Assembly: GCA_030264375.1 (NCBI GenBank)
Contig: JASCQW010000137.1
Span: forward strand, 45,861,085-45,925,084
Direction: 5' to 3'
DNA from: Carcharhinus longimanus
Lineage: Eukaryota
Length of the DNA: 64,000 bases
The position numbers and the translations under genes were made by a program. This document shows positions 1-12,480 of the stretch, piece after piece. The first letter of the stretch is position 1, and each line of letters opens with the position of its first letter. A model generated the notes under the pieces. The model saw only the letters and a program-made list of their open reading frames with translations. It did no database searches and had not been told where the DNA came from.

Positions 1-132
1 TTTGAACTGTGAGAGGAGACCAGAGCACCTGGAAGAAACCCACGCAGGCACGAGGTGAACAAGCTGAGGATTGAACCCAGGTCCCTGGCGCTGTGAGGCA
101 GCAGTGCTAACCACTGTGCCACGGCGCTGCCC
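1..132 (-). mobile_element. HE1-type tRNA-derived SINE (V-SINE), 5' part
   Basis: The reverse complement gives GGGCAGC..GTGGCACAGTGGTTAGCACTGCTGCCTCACAGCGCCAGGGACCTGGGTTCAATCC (A/B boxes) followed by GGGTTTCTTCCAGGTGCTC. The same family occurs about 10 times in the window. Confidence 0.85.
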
Positions 133-134
133 AT

Positions 135-330
135 CTTTTTCTGGCCATTCATGCCAGTGGGATCTTCCAGTCTGACTGACACATACTCCTCCCATGGATT
201 TCCTGGTGGTGTGGGTGTATTCAATGGGAAACACCGTTGACAATGGCTGGACCAGAAGATCTCGCTGCTGGCCAAAGGTGAGGCACCTCCGCCATGGCGT
301 AACATATCACAGGTTGTGCAGGGGATCCCA
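135..330. mobile_element. MITE-like non-autonomous DNA element (probably PIF/Harbinger)
   Basis: Internal inverted GGGATCTTCCAGTC...GACCAGAAGATCTC and a TTCAATGGGAAA..CGTTGACAATGGC core shared with 31924-32122, 33484-33640 and 9598-9782. Confidence 0.55.
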
Positions 331-915
331 TTTTACAGCATGAAAAGAGACCCTTCAGCCCATCATAAATTAATCTTTGGAAAAGTCAGGAAGCTTTCTT
401 TCTGAGCTCTATCTCCTTCCTTTCAGGAGTATTTATCACCTCCTCTGAATTTGCTCCAATCTCTCTCCATACATCCTGAGTTTGGTTTTAGGGGGGCTAT
501 TGAGGAACCAGAGGCTGTCCTTCTCATCAACTACTCCAACATTGTTCTCAGAGGAATGATTTCACCATCGTGGCGGGCAATCTACTTTTAGTCGATTACA
601 GTAATGCCCAAGTCCACACCTGCTTCATTGAGAAACAGCTGAGATCACTTTGTGAAAGTGAGATAAAAGACCCAGTATTCACCTATCAAACCTCAGTGTT
701 GGCGCTGTTATAACATAGAGGAGGCAGTGGTTATTTTCTTGTGTTCTTTCTTATGTAGTGTAGTGGTATTGTCGCTGGGCTAGTAACCCAGACCTCCAGG
801 GCAATACCCTGAGGGCCCGGGTTCATGGACTGTGATACCCACATTAAAAAAAACACAGGAAATAGTCTGTGCACAGCAACATCCTACAAACAACAATGAA
901 ATAATCCCCAGGTAA

Positions 916-1220
916 TCATAGAATCCCTACAATGCAGAAGGAGGCCATTCGGCCCATCATGTCCATACTTATTCTCTGACAGACTGTCTTACCCAAGTCC
1001 TGTCGCTTGCCTAACCCAGTAACCCTGCACATTCACCACAGCTAATCTTCCTAATTTACACTGTTCGGAACACTAAAGGGCAATTTGTCATGGCCAATTC
1101 ACCTAATCAACACATCTTATGAGTGCGGGAGGAAATGGGAGCACCCAGATGAAACCCACGCAGATACAGGAAAAATGGAACCTGTGTCACTAGCACTATG
1201 AGGCAGCAGTGCTTACCACT
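916..1220 (-). mobile_element. HE1-type SINE, near full length
   Basis: Tail CATAGAATCCCTACAATGCAGAAGGAGGCCATTCGGCCC (CR1/HER1-like 3' end, reversed) through to head GAGGCAGCAGTGCTTACCACT. Confidence 0.85.
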
Positions 1221-1402
1221 TTGATTTTCGCAATACTAGATGCTAGGAGAGCTCTTTGCACTTTGTCAAGATTGTGCCCATGGGATCTTTTACATGCACC
1301 AGACAGGTTTTAATGAACTATCAGAAAGGCTGCACTGCTGGGAGCGCAACACTCGCCTGCGATAGCATTTGTGCTGAAATCACTGGAGAAGAACTTAATT
1401 AA

Positions 1403-2434
1403 TGTGTGCCGTGAGGAGGATGCTAAGGGGTTGCAGGGTGACTTGCACAGGCTAGCAAAGTGGGCAAATACTTGGCAAATGCAATGTAATGTGGATAAAT
1501 GTGTGATTATCCACTTTGGTGGCAAAAAAGAAAGATTATTATCTGAATGGTGGCAGTTTAGGAAAAGGGGAAGTGCAATGTGACCTGGGTGTCACAGTGG
1601 AACAGTTGCTGAAGGTTGGCATGCAGGTACAGCAGGTGGTGAGGAAAGCTAATGGCACACTGGCCTTCATAGCAAAAGGATTTGAGTATTGGAATAAGGA
1701 TGTCTTACTGCAGTTACACAGAGCTTTGGTGAGGCCACACCTTGAGTATTGTGTGCAGTTTTGGTCTGCTAGTCTGAGGAAGGAATTTTTGCTATCTAAG
1801 GAGTCCACCGTAGTTCACCAGATTGATTCCTGGAATGGCAGGACTGATATATGAAGAGAGACTGGATCAACTGGGCTTGTACTCACTGGAATTTAGAAGA
1901 ATGAGAGGGGATCGCAAAGAAACATATAAAATTCTGATGGGACTGGACAGGTTTGATGTGGGAAGAATGTTCCTGATGTTGGGGAAGTGCAGAACTAGGG
2001 GGTCACAGTCAAAGAATATGGGTAAGCCATTCAGGACTGAGATGAGGAAGAACTTCTTCACTCAGAGAGTTGTGAACCTGTGGAATTCTCTACCACNNNN
2101 NNNNNNNNNNNNNNNNNNNNNNNNNNNNNNNNNNNNNNNNNNNNNNNNNNNNNNNNNNNNNNNNNNNNNNNNNNNNNNNNNNNNNNNNNNNNNNNNATGA
2201 GGAAGAACTTCTTCACTCAGAGAGTTGTGAACCTGTGGAATTCTCTACCACAGAAAGCTGTTGGGGCCAGTTCATTAGATACGTTCAAGAGGGACATGGC
2301 CCTTGTGGATAAAGGGATCAAGGGGTATGGAGAGAAAGTGGGAATGGGATACTGAAAGTGCATGATCAACCATGATCATATTGAATGGTGGTGCAGGATT
2401 GAAGGGCTGAATGGCCTATTTTCTATGTTTCTAT
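1403..2434 (+). mobile_element. CR1 (HER1-like) LINE 3' fragment, degenerate ORF2 C-terminus plus 3' UTR
   Basis: Frameshifted peptides LQGDLHRLAKWANTWQMQCNVDKC, LVRPHLEYCVQFWS and RKNFFTQRVVNLWNSLP; ends in TTCTATGTTTCTAT. Confidence 0.95.
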
Positions 2435-3413
2435 AGCCCCTACCTTCTGCCAAAAGTGCTACCAACTGAGGGAATCAGCATCATGCAGGTCATCAGAGCT
2501 GCAACTTGAAGACTGCACCAACTGTTGGCACCTTTCAAAGATTGGAAAGATTTTGCTGACCACAGTAACAGCTGCCCTGGCATTTCCATTCCAGTTTTAT
2601 ACCCAGGGTACACATCCCCTTCCTTTTGTTAAGCGATTTCCTTCCTGTGCCGGAGCTATTGTGCATTCAGCAAGGGGCACCTACGCCATTCTGAACCACA
2701 AAAACAGGCATTGCCCTCAGAGCAGCCCAAGGATGAACATTCCATTGGCTTTCCATTTGGGAAGCTCTGGATGCTTCCTCACAGTGAGGATGTGTCATTC
2801 TTTCAGCGCAGGATCGCAATCCAGGGTCTGAGTGCGCATCAGGATTTCACCTGGAGGTGAGTGCCGCAGGTTCACTGAGAGAAAGAGACCATTTTCTGAA
2901 TATTGCTCAACACGTCGGCACACTCCACTGACTAACTGGATTTAAGTCAATTCCGACAAATACCCCCACTCCAACCTGCATCTCATTTGCAGCATCTCTA
3001 CACCATCAGGTGGTGTAGCTTCAGGGGATTACAGACTGAAGCAGGATTCCAAACTGATTGCGTTTCAAATTGGAACAGAATTATTTATAATAAAAAAAGA
3101 CAGTTCTTCTCATCTGTGGAAAAACTGACAATTTTAAAATCCCGCTGGATAAAACATGGACTCATGCCTGTGTGGCAGAAATATTTCATTCGAAAAAACT
3201 TCAGCTCCATCTATCATTCTGTGAAAAATATAACTTAGTTTATGTAAATATATCTGGGAGATGAGACACTCTTGCTAAAGGTTTAACCTTGGCATGGGTG
3301 GCAACGTAAAGTGTCTGAGGCAATACGTTTGAAGGTCTGAGTTCAGTTGCTGCTGGAACCCTCATTCATACCTCTGGACTCAGCCATTCCAGTGCACTCC
3401 TAGCTGGTTCCAC

Positions 3414-3739
3414 ACATAGAATCATACAATATCGACAGTGCAGAGGAGGCCATTCAGCCCATTGTGTCTGCACCGACCACAATCCCACCCAAGCCCTATT
3501 CTCATAACCCCATGCATTTTACCCTAGCTAGTCCCCCTGATGGGCAATATACCATGGCCAATCCACCTAACCTGCACATCTTTGGACTGTAGGAGGGAAC
3601 TGGAGCACCTGGAGGAAACCCACACAGACAAAAGGAGAATATGTAAATTCCACACAGACAGTGACTCAAGCCAGGAATCGAACCCGGGTATCTGGTGCTG
3701 TGAGGCAGCAGAGCTAATCACTGTGCCACAGTGCTGCCC
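3414..3739 (-). mobile_element. HE1-type SINE, full length
   Basis: Runs from the CATAGAATC tail to the CACTGTGCCACAGTGCTGCCC head. Confidence 0.9.
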
Positions 3740-4194
3740 AATGAACTTGATTTCATCCAAAACTCTGCTTCCCACATCTTAACTTGCAGCAAGTGTTGTT
3801 CACCCATCATCACTGTATTCGTGGACCTACACTGGCTCCCAGTCAAGCAATGTTTTCCTTTAAGATTGGTCTAGGAAAAGATAATAAAATGTTGCATTTA
3901 TATAGCACCTTTCACAACCACTAGCCAATGGAATATCTTTAATGTGTAGTCACTGTTATCAGTCAGGAAATGTAAATGTAGAAGCAAACTGCCAAGTTTA
4001 AAAAGCAGTAAAGGAAGGTGTAGAGACAGTTATTGGTGAGGTAGGGGGCAATAATAATAAAATAAGATGTGTGCAGTGCAGTGCCCAATCATATATAAAG
4101 CAGGTGGATTCCTTCACACCATTCCAACACAGCAATGGTGGTGTCAATACTTTTATTCCTGACATAGTTCCAAAGAGGACCCTGTCTTTAAAAT

Positions 4195-5911
4195 ACCAAT
4201 TCTACTTCCCTTATTTCTGTCTTCACAAAGGAAGACATGAATAATGTACCAGAAGTTCTGAAAACACAAGTTTTACTGAAGAGCTGAAGGAAATCAGTAT
4301 TAGTAGATAAATGGTTTTCAGGAATTTTATGGGATTGAAGGCAGATAAACCTCCAGGGCCTGATAATCTTCATCCCAGAGTACTTAAGGAGTGGCCCTGG
4401 AAATAGTAGATCCATTGATGGTAATTTTCCAAAATTCTTTGGCGTCTGGAAAGGCTCCCCCAGATTGGAGGGCAGCTAATATAAGCACGCTATTCAAACG
4501 GGAGGTAGAGAGAAAGCGGAGAACTATAGACCAGTGAGCCTAATGTTAGTGGTAAGGAGAAAACAGGGAACTATAGACCATTGAGCCTAACGTCAGTAGT
4601 AAGGACGTTGCTAGAGCCATTACCAAGGATTTCAAGCACAGCTTTTGGAAAGCAATGGTATAATCAGACAAAGTCAGCATGGGCTTATGAAAGGAAATCA
4701 TGCTTGACAAATCTACTGGAATTCTTTGTGGATGTAACTAGTAGAGTTGACTGAGGAGAACCATTGGATGTGGTTTATTAGACTTCTAGAGGGCTTTCAA
4801 CAATGTCTCACATAGCAGATTAAAATGCGTGGAATTCTGGCAGAGTCTTGAGATGGACAGAAAACTGGTTAGCAGATAGGAAGCAAAGAGTTGGAATAAA
4901 TTGGTCTTTTTCTGATTTACAGTCAGTGACAAGTGGGGTACCTCAGGGATCTGTGCTAGGACCCCAACTGTTCACATTATGCAATAATGATTTAGACAAG
5001 GGAACTGAATGTATTAGCTCCAAAATTGCAGATGATACAATGTTGGGTGGGAGGGCAAGCTGTGAGAAGGATGCAAAGATGCTTCAGCATCATTTGGACA
5101 GGCTGAGTGAGTGGGTTTACGAATGGCAGATGCAATAGAATGTGGAAAAGTGTGAGGTTATCCACTTTGGTAGCAAAAATAGGAAGGCAAATTATTATTT
5201 GAATGTTTAAGTATAGAGAGGGGACACTCAGGGAGACTTTGGTGTCCTTATGCATCAATTGCTGAAAATAGGCATGCAGGTACAGCAGGCAGTAAAGAAG
5301 GCAAATGGTATGTTGGAGGTAATAGCAAGAGGATTTGAGTATAGGGATAGGGATGTTTTTGTTGCAATTGAATAGGGTGTTGGTGAGGCTACACATGAAG
5401 TATTGTTTGCAGTTTTGGTGCCCTTATCTGAGGAAGGATGTCCTTGCTATACAGGGAGTACAGCAAAGGTTTACCAGGTTGATTACTGTGATGGTGGGAT
5501 TGTCATATGAAGAGAGCATAAGACGGCTAGGATTATATTCATTGGAGTTTAGGCGAGAGAGAAAGAATCTCATAGAAATTTCTAAAATTCTAACAGGATT
5601 TGACAGGGTAGATTCATAAAGAATGTTTCCGATGGTGGGGGAGTTTAGAACTAGGGGTAAACCTTTTAGGACTGAGGTGAGGAGAAATTTCTTCACCCAG
5701 AGTGTGGTTAATCCGTGGAATTCACTACCACAGAAAGTAATTGAGGCCAAAATGTTGTGTGATTTCAAAAATAAATTTGATACAGCTCTTGGAGCTAAAG
5801 GGATATGGGGGAAAGGCAGGATCAGGATATTGAATTTGATGATCAGCCATGATCAAAATGATATTGAAGGACTGAGTGACCTACTCCTGCTTCTATGGTC
5901 TATGTTTCCAT
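4195..5911 (+). mobile_element. CR1 LINE, about 1.7 kb degenerate ORF2 (RT) plus 3' UTR
   Basis: NYRPVSL (internally duplicated at about 4509-4606), KSCLTNLLEFF, SGVPQGSVLGPQLF, SKIADDT and NFFTQSVVNPWNSLP, with many stops and frameshifts. Confidence 0.95.
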
Positions 5912-5939
5912 ATGCACTGACATTAGATAACCAGGCAGA

Positions 5940-6340
5940 GTTGGTAGTGCTCTTGTTTTTGAGTCAGAGGGTTGTGGGTTCAAATCCCAATCCAGGACAT
6001 GACCACTATGAGTAAGGCTGTCATTCCAGTGCAGTACTGAAGCAAGGCTGTGCTGTCAGAGAGGCCATGAGCTGTTAAACTGCAGCCTTATCTGCCCCCT
6101 CAGGTGGACGTAAAGGATCCCAGAGCCCTATCTTGAAGAAGAGACAGGGAGTTATGTCCAGTGACCTGGCCAATACTGATCTCTCAATCAATGTTGCAAA
6201 TGCAGATTGTCCGCTCATTATGTTTTTGGGAGCTTGCTATGCACAAACTGGCTACATTACAACAGTAGCTATAAAAGTGTTTCATTATGTGGCTATAAAA
6301 TGCTATGGGATGTCCTGAGGTCATGAAAATGCTTTCTAAG
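5940..6340 (+). mobile_element. SacSINE1/Deu-type tRNA-derived SINE
   Basis: GAGTCAGAGGGTTGTGGGTTCAAATCCC head and a CAGTGCAGTACTGA..CTCAGGTGGACGTAAAGGATCCC core. The family recurs at about 7595-7820, 12110-12480, 26219-26450, 31085-31480 and 43005-43325 (+) and at 38722-39265, 50886-51500 and 58605-59075 (-). Confidence 0.7.
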
Positions 6341-6467
6341 CAGAACTATTTTTTTTCTATTTACCCCTTCATTTGGGGAAATTATTTGGAATCCCTGTTG
6401 GCACAGTTTCAGATTCTCATCATATTTACATTTAGTCTGAGTGGCGGTCAGTCTGCACAATGCAGTG

Positions 6468-6486
6468 TGCTGCCCTCTTGTGGTGA
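6468..6486 (-). promoter_or_regulatory. Candidate CTCF site
   Basis: The minus strand reads TCACCACAAGAGGGCAGCA, close to the CTCF core consensus, in non-repeat sequence. Confidence 0.45.
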
Positions 6487-6961
6487 CATACATTTTGCTC
6501 AGTGCAGATAAAGTTGTTGAACCTTTTCTGCACATTCGAGCTTTTGTGCAACTTGTTGAATTCTTTCTGACCACAGTCCAGAGTAGGTGGGGGCCGAGGC
6601 ACTCACTCTATTCCTTGTATAAGACACGGAACCTATACTCCAGTCCCAACTGCAGCATCTTTCAAATGGAAGCGAGGAAGCTCTCTCATTGTCCTAGCCC
6701 ACAAACCTCTCAGGACAAACATTTGATTTTGTGGGCAAAAGGCTGTCAGCTTTGGCTTAGTTAGTAATGTTCTCACCTGCTGTACTAGGAGGTTGTGGCT
6801 ATTACATTCCTGTTTTTGTTTTAACACGATTTGTAAATTAAGGAACTTAGCTGAACCTGTATTACTGTGGTTACTATATATGCAGCAAGAACCATCATGT
6901 AACTGTGCATGCTCTATCTCTTCTTCAAACACTGTCTGCCAGTTTGCTCACATCTTCCCTG

Positions 6962-7262
6962 GCCCCTCACTCTCTCCCCTGCTTCTTCTGACTCCTCACT
7001 CTCTCCTGTTCACATCTTCCTCCAACCCCTCACTCTTCGCTGCACACTGCTTCTCCCGACCCCTCACTCCTTTCCACACATGCCTCTCCCAACTCCTCAC
7101 TTCTTCCCGCACACTTCCTCTTCCAACCCCTCACTCTTTCCCGCAAACTGCCTGTCCAAACTCCTCACTCTTCCCAGCACACTCCCCTCCTGACCATTCA
7201 CTCCTCCCCGCACACTGCCTCTCCTGACCCCTCACTCTCTCCACTCTCTGTTTCCCTCTCCC
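6962..7262. repeat. About 34 bp pyrimidine-rich minisatellite, about 9 diverged copies
   Basis: Recurring ACCCCTCACTC(T)TTCCCGCACACTGCCTCTCC(A/G/T) units. Confidence 0.85.
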
Positions 7263-9291
7263 GAGCCTCTGCTCGCAGCAAGGCTCAGGAGAGGAGTGGC
7301 AAGAGGAAAACAAAGAGGAGACGGTAAGAGGGAAAAGAGTTGGAGGGAGCAAGGGAATCCGGAGAGGCAAATGGCAAATGGGAAGGAGTGAAGAGGTTGA
7401 GAGACAGAAAAGTGGCATGCAGGAAGGAGTGAGGGAGTAGCAAGTGGATGGCAGGAAGGGACAAATAGGAGGTAAGCAGAAAAAGAGTTTTTGGACCATT
7501 TAGGTTCAAGGTAGCCAAGGTTTTTAATGTAAATGTAATGGACCGTTACTACATAGTTTCTCATGGGAATGTGATTTTAAATTAGCACATTTCCCCTCCG
7601 GTGGACATTAAAGATCCCTCTGGATTTTCAAAGACCTGGGGCATTTTTCTAGGTGTGCCTGCAAGTATTTATTCTTTAAACAACAGAAACAGATCATCAC
7701 ATTACTATCTGTGGGAGCTTGCTATGTGCAATTTTTTGCACATTCAGAACTACCTCATTGGCTGTAAAATTCTCTGGGTTGTCCTTAGTACAATATAAAT
7801 GCAAGAACATTCTTTGCTTTTTAAAAATTAGATGCCAAATTTGCTGACATATCAAACACTGCAATTTAAAAGTAATTAGTCGAATGTGACGCATTCTGAG
7901 TTCTTTCTGTGAAAGACAAAGTGAATTTTAATAACACTGCGCATATTCTCCATCACAATTCTGCGCACTGCTTTCAAACATATAATTGCCACCAGCTTCA
8001 GCCATTTACTTTTTCAGAAGTATACACTTACGGGAAGTACATACAGAAAGTTAATTTATTTGGAAGAATGCTATTTTATACAGTAATAAGACAGCTCCTG
8101 ACTATCTGAAGAGCTTTGAGTGTGATGTTTACAATGACAACCTAAGTGGATTGATGAACAGTTAAGAAATTAATATTTGGAATGTTGGAGTTGAGGGTAT
8201 CCATTGGAACAACATCTCCTCAGGAGAAATTGTCCCAAACTCATATCCAAATGGAAGAGGCTCCTTCAGATAGGTGGAGATACAACCTTCTACCAGACTC
8301 ACACACACCAAACAGGTAACCAGTCCCCGTGCGCAGAGCCTTGCTGGGGAAATGAAATGCCTTATGGGTTAATCCTTCCTCCAGCCACGGGCTCCAGCAT
8401 TCCGCAGAACCCTTTCCCGTGTGACTGTACTTTAAACAGTGCTCTGCGATTACTCAGCCAGCCAGTCACCATGTTTATGTTACCGTGGCTTGAAAAATAA
8501 AGGCTGACAGATTGAAAGGTTAGAGTCTTGGCATTAACTCAGGGGTGGTGCGGTGCATGCAGCGACCCACTCTGCTTGTGCAATCCGGGGCTTTCTTCCA
8601 TGTGGGTGAGTGGGGGGAAATCCAATCTGCTCTCCACAAGATCTGGCCTTGATCCATGGACAGTAAAATAAGGATATCATTGCAACCCACCAATCCGCCA
8701 TCAGAATAAACATTAACTGTACAATATGATGAGGAGGAGGAGGCAGGATCCTTGTGAACGCCTGATGTCCCACTAATGAAGAACAGTAAGAACATCTTCA
8801 GAGAGCCAAGTTGGCTAAGACATGTTGCACTCATGGTTTATATTTCCAATTCAATCCAAGCTGACAAAACAGGCCTCTCACTTCCTGCCTTGGGCTTGAT
8901 CTATATGATCCAATCTGATTGGAGCAGGCATTGCACCTTCTGAGGCTTGATCTCAGCCAAAAGACCGAGATGCCGCTTTAAAAAATTGCTTCAAAAGAAG
9001 CCTCAGTGTAACCTCATGACTTCAACCAAGTGCAGGTTGTTGATAATACACTTGGTCTTAGCCAAAAAGCTGAGAGGTAATGGTATGCTTTCCACTTCCA
9101 TATCTCAGGCACCCTGGGCCAGTCATCTGGTTTTCCACCACATTTCTCGGTTGCGCCTTCCCTCCAGATCTGCCTAACCTCCATTTTCTTTATCCTCTCT
9201 TCGCCCCCGTTCACGTCAGGGATGTCAGTGCTGTGACTGGAATGGTCCTTTTCCTGCTCACTGCCAGAAGTCACCAGTCAGTCACAGCACT

Positions 9292-9870
9292 AACATAAAA
9301 ACATCAGAAGGTAAAAAACAAGACTATGAGTTGGCCTTATAGCTCCTCGAGCCTGCTCCAGCGTTCAGTAAGATCATGACTGAACTCCTATATCAACTCC
9401 TCTTTCCTGTCTTGACTTCTTTCATTCCCTCAGTGCTAAAAAAGGCCATCAATTTCAGGCTGGAATATACTCGATGGTCAAGTGCAGCGTGATATAGAAT
9501 TTCAAAGATTCANNNNNNNNNNAGATTCACAACCTCTGGATGAAGAGATACTACTGCATGGCGTTCTCAAATGACTAATCACTGATCCGGAGATTGTGAC
9601 TGGGATTTACTGACCAACACCCCACCCCCCGCTCTCCCTACCCATTTTCTCCCAGCAGAGATGGCTCTGCTGGTGGGATTTTCTGCTCCTGTCGAAGTCA
9701 GTGGCCATTTGCATTGCTTGCTGACCAAGCTGGTAGGACTGGAAGATTCTGCCAGCAGGAAGGGCTGGAAAAATCTCACTCTGTGACCTCTCATTCTGGT
9801 CTTTCCAGTCAGAATCAACACTCTCTCAGCTTCTGTCGATCCCTGTCAGGATCTAATATGTTTCAATGAG
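9292..9870 (-). mobile_element. Old CR1 3' end interrupted by a MITE-like insert (about 9598-9782)
   Basis: TAACATAAAAACATCAG..CTCGAGCCTGCTCCAGCGTTCAGTAAGATCATG and AGATTCACAACCTCTG. The insert is bounded by CTGGGATTT...AAAATCTCAC. Confidence 0.65.
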
Positions 9871-10256
9871 GACACAAGTGGGGTGATGTTCCCTCAATTA
9901 GGCATGACTTCAGTATGTGAAAGAGGAGCTTTTACTCCATCATTCTGAGACTTCCAATATCCTCACAGTATTAAACCATGCACTGTGTAACTCAGGGCAA
10001 CTTGTTACTGAATTAGGGAAATCTTATAGGTTTTGCTGGGCTGAGATTGTGCGCATTTATTTTCCTCAGTTACCAGTACAATTAGCAGGAGGAACAATAA
10101 TTAGCACTTATGCATAAAATATTCCGGCACCTTTTACAAAGTGTTAGCAAGGAGAATGAACCTGAGGACCAACTTGGGCAACAGCAGTGCGATCTTTGAG
10201 TAGATTTTTTAAAGGAAGAATGAAAAGCAGAGGTTCGACTGAAGCTGTAGTAGTTC

Positions 10257-10870
10257 GTTATGGTTCAGGTCAGTAACTGCAAAGTGTTTTATGGAGCCTG
10301 CCTGGATCATAAGTTTTGCATCTTGAGTTTGGCTAGGATAAGTATGATGTGTTTCATTTCAGATATGATTCAAATGATCCACTGGGGAGCTTTTATCAAA
10401 GAAAGTTTATTTAAAAATATAGTTTACACGCATAGTAAGAAAATTAGCAAGAACTTTTATCAATTACAAACAAGAAACATAACAAACACTATAATGTATA
10501 ACCCTTAACAAATATATCTGATGTGTTCCAATCAAAACCAAGCTTTTTTTGGACAAAACCCTTTAAAAATGTTGATCACAGAACAGTTTGAAGTCAGAAC
10601 AGCTTCCTAAAACACCAGAGACTGTAGGCAATCTACTAACAGCAGATTCCCCCCTTTGGAAAGGCAAGACCTTGCCTTCAGCTAACCCGCAGAGGTTCCA
10701 AAACCAGGGTGAGAGAAACTTCTTGTCTGCTTGATGCCCTTTCTAAACCTAAAACTTAAACAGAAAAAAAACCTTGAATTCCCTAGGAAGGAAAAAAAAA
10801 CCTGACCAGAACCCATGATCTTTCTCCTGACAATGCAGGCCATAAAACCAATCCCAGAGTAAACATGCAC
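10257..10870 (-). mobile_element. Probable solo or partial LTR (boundaries uncertain)
   Basis: Starts (T)GTTATGG and has AATAAA on the minus strand (GTTTATTTAAA at about 10406), followed by an A/C-rich block resembling reversed shark LTRs as I recall them. Confidence 0.35.
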
Positions 10871-11237
10871 AACCCCCATTTAAGCTATTGGAAGTAGCAA
10901 GAAAAGCCCGACCATCATCTTCTTCGGGAAATGGGAGAAATACAATAGATTCTAGTTTTGCCAGCGAGTGCACATCTCAGAATGGAAACCAAAAGTCATC
11001 CAATGTGCGTCTCCAATCTAACACAATGATATAATGTTTATAGTTGATGGATTTGTCTGGGGGAAGGGTTAAGTACCTACTTGGATCTTTAATGCAACTG
11101 AATTGTTGCTCCATTTAATTAATTGAGGAACTTGGGTGAAAGGCTTAGCGCACGAGAAGACAAGGTCGAGAGAATTCAGAGGGGTGGGGAAATGAATGAG
11201 ACAGTAGCTGTCAGATAAAACAAAGCTTAAGTACACA

Positions 11238-11450
11238 AGCAAAATGCAACAAATGCTAGAAATCAGAAATGAAATCAGAGGATGCTGGGAAACCCTGAGC
11301 CAGTCTGGCAGCATGTGCACAGAGAGAAACATTTCAAATCCAGTATGACTCTTCTTCACAGCTCAGATTTGAAACATTAACTCTGGCTCTCTCTCCACTG
11401 ATGCTGCCAGACTTGCTGAATTTTTCCAGCATTTTCTGCCCTTATCTCAA
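11238..11450. mobile_element. Palindromic mini-element family B (Penelope-pLTR-like)
   Basis: GATGCTGGGAAACCCTGAGCCAGTCTGGCAGCAT..GAGAGAAAC is inverted against CTCTCTCCACTGATGCTGCCAGACTTGCTGAATTTTTCCAGCATT. Confidence 0.7.
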
Positions 11451-11732
11451 GCATGAATGATCTGCAAGTTGTAGGAGGCAGAGGCAACTGAGTGCGGTAA
11501 GAGATATCCATAATTTTGAGATTCAAAGAAGAATAAGTTGAGCAAAGAGGCGGTGCAATGAGTTTTGATCTGAATTTACAGATGAGTGCAGGAAGCAGGC
11601 ATTTAATGGGACAATGCATGAAGTGACTTGGCTTTAAGGTTCTAAATCTCACCACCAAAAATGATCAGTTTATCATATCTCCAGACAAAAGACTAGACAA
11701 TATTATAATGACTGGGGCATGTCAGTGTGTTT

Positions 11733-12037
11733 TTTTATTATTCATTTATGGGATGTGGGCATCACTGGCTGGGCGTCCATTTCAGAGGCATTTAAGAGCC
11801 AACCACATCACTGTTGGTCAGGAGTCACATGTAGGCCAGACCAAGTAAGCACAGCAGATTTCCATCCCTAAATGACATTAGTGAACCAAATGGGTTTTTC
11901 CAAGAATTGACAATGGTTTCATGGTCATCATTAGACTTTGAATTCCAGATTTTTATTGAATTCACAGTTTTCCACGTGGCATGCTGGGATTCAAACCCAG
12001 GTCTCCAGAGCATTATTCTGGGTCTCCTGCTGCCTCC
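11733..12037 (-). mobile_element. tRNA-derived SINE, third family (family C)
   Basis: Shared core GAAGGAAATCTG..CTGGTCTGGCCTACATGTGACTCCAG and GGTTCACTAATGTC. Other copies at 15622-16260, 28302-29117 and 33715-34060 (+) and at 22630-22850 and 40580-40910 (-). Confidence 0.75.
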
Positions 12038-12109
12038 CTAAAGTTCCAGTAAGGAGGGCACTGAGGGGCTAATGTTCTCTGCACTGGTGGGTTGTGATCA
12101 AGCAGAGCA

Positions 12110-12480
12110 CTCCCACCTCAGAGACTCAGGCAGGTAATGTAGGCTGACGTACCAGGGCAGTACAAGGGGGAGTGCTGCATAGTCAGAGATGCTGTCTATT
12201 GGGTGACATTAACCACAAGGCCCAAGACCTGGGCTGCTCTCCTGGCAGCATCTAAATTATCCTATGCAAAAAATTATCCCGCAGCCATAGCACTGAAAGA
12301 GCAGATGATCTGGTTATTATCAGAGTGCTGTTTGTGGCAGTTTGCTGTGTGTAAATTGGCTGCTGCATTTCCTACATTACAACACTGACTATACTTCAAA
12401 TAGCCTTTCATTGGCTGCAAAGATCTTTGGGGCGCCCTGGTAGAGTTAAAAAGTGCCATATAAATGCTATTTCTTCTTTT
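12110..12480 (+). mobile_element. SacSINE1/Deu-type SINE
   Basis: GGCTGAC..CAGGGCAGTACAAGGGGGAGTGCTGCA core and an AAATTGGCTGCTGCATTTCCTACATTACAAC..GCCATATAAATGC tail. Confidence 0.7.

Noticed and set aside
2042-2251. Exact 55 bp direct repeat on both sides of a 100-N gap
   Set aside because: This is a contig-overlap assembly artefact within one CR1; similar short overlaps flank the gaps at about 9513 and 17510.
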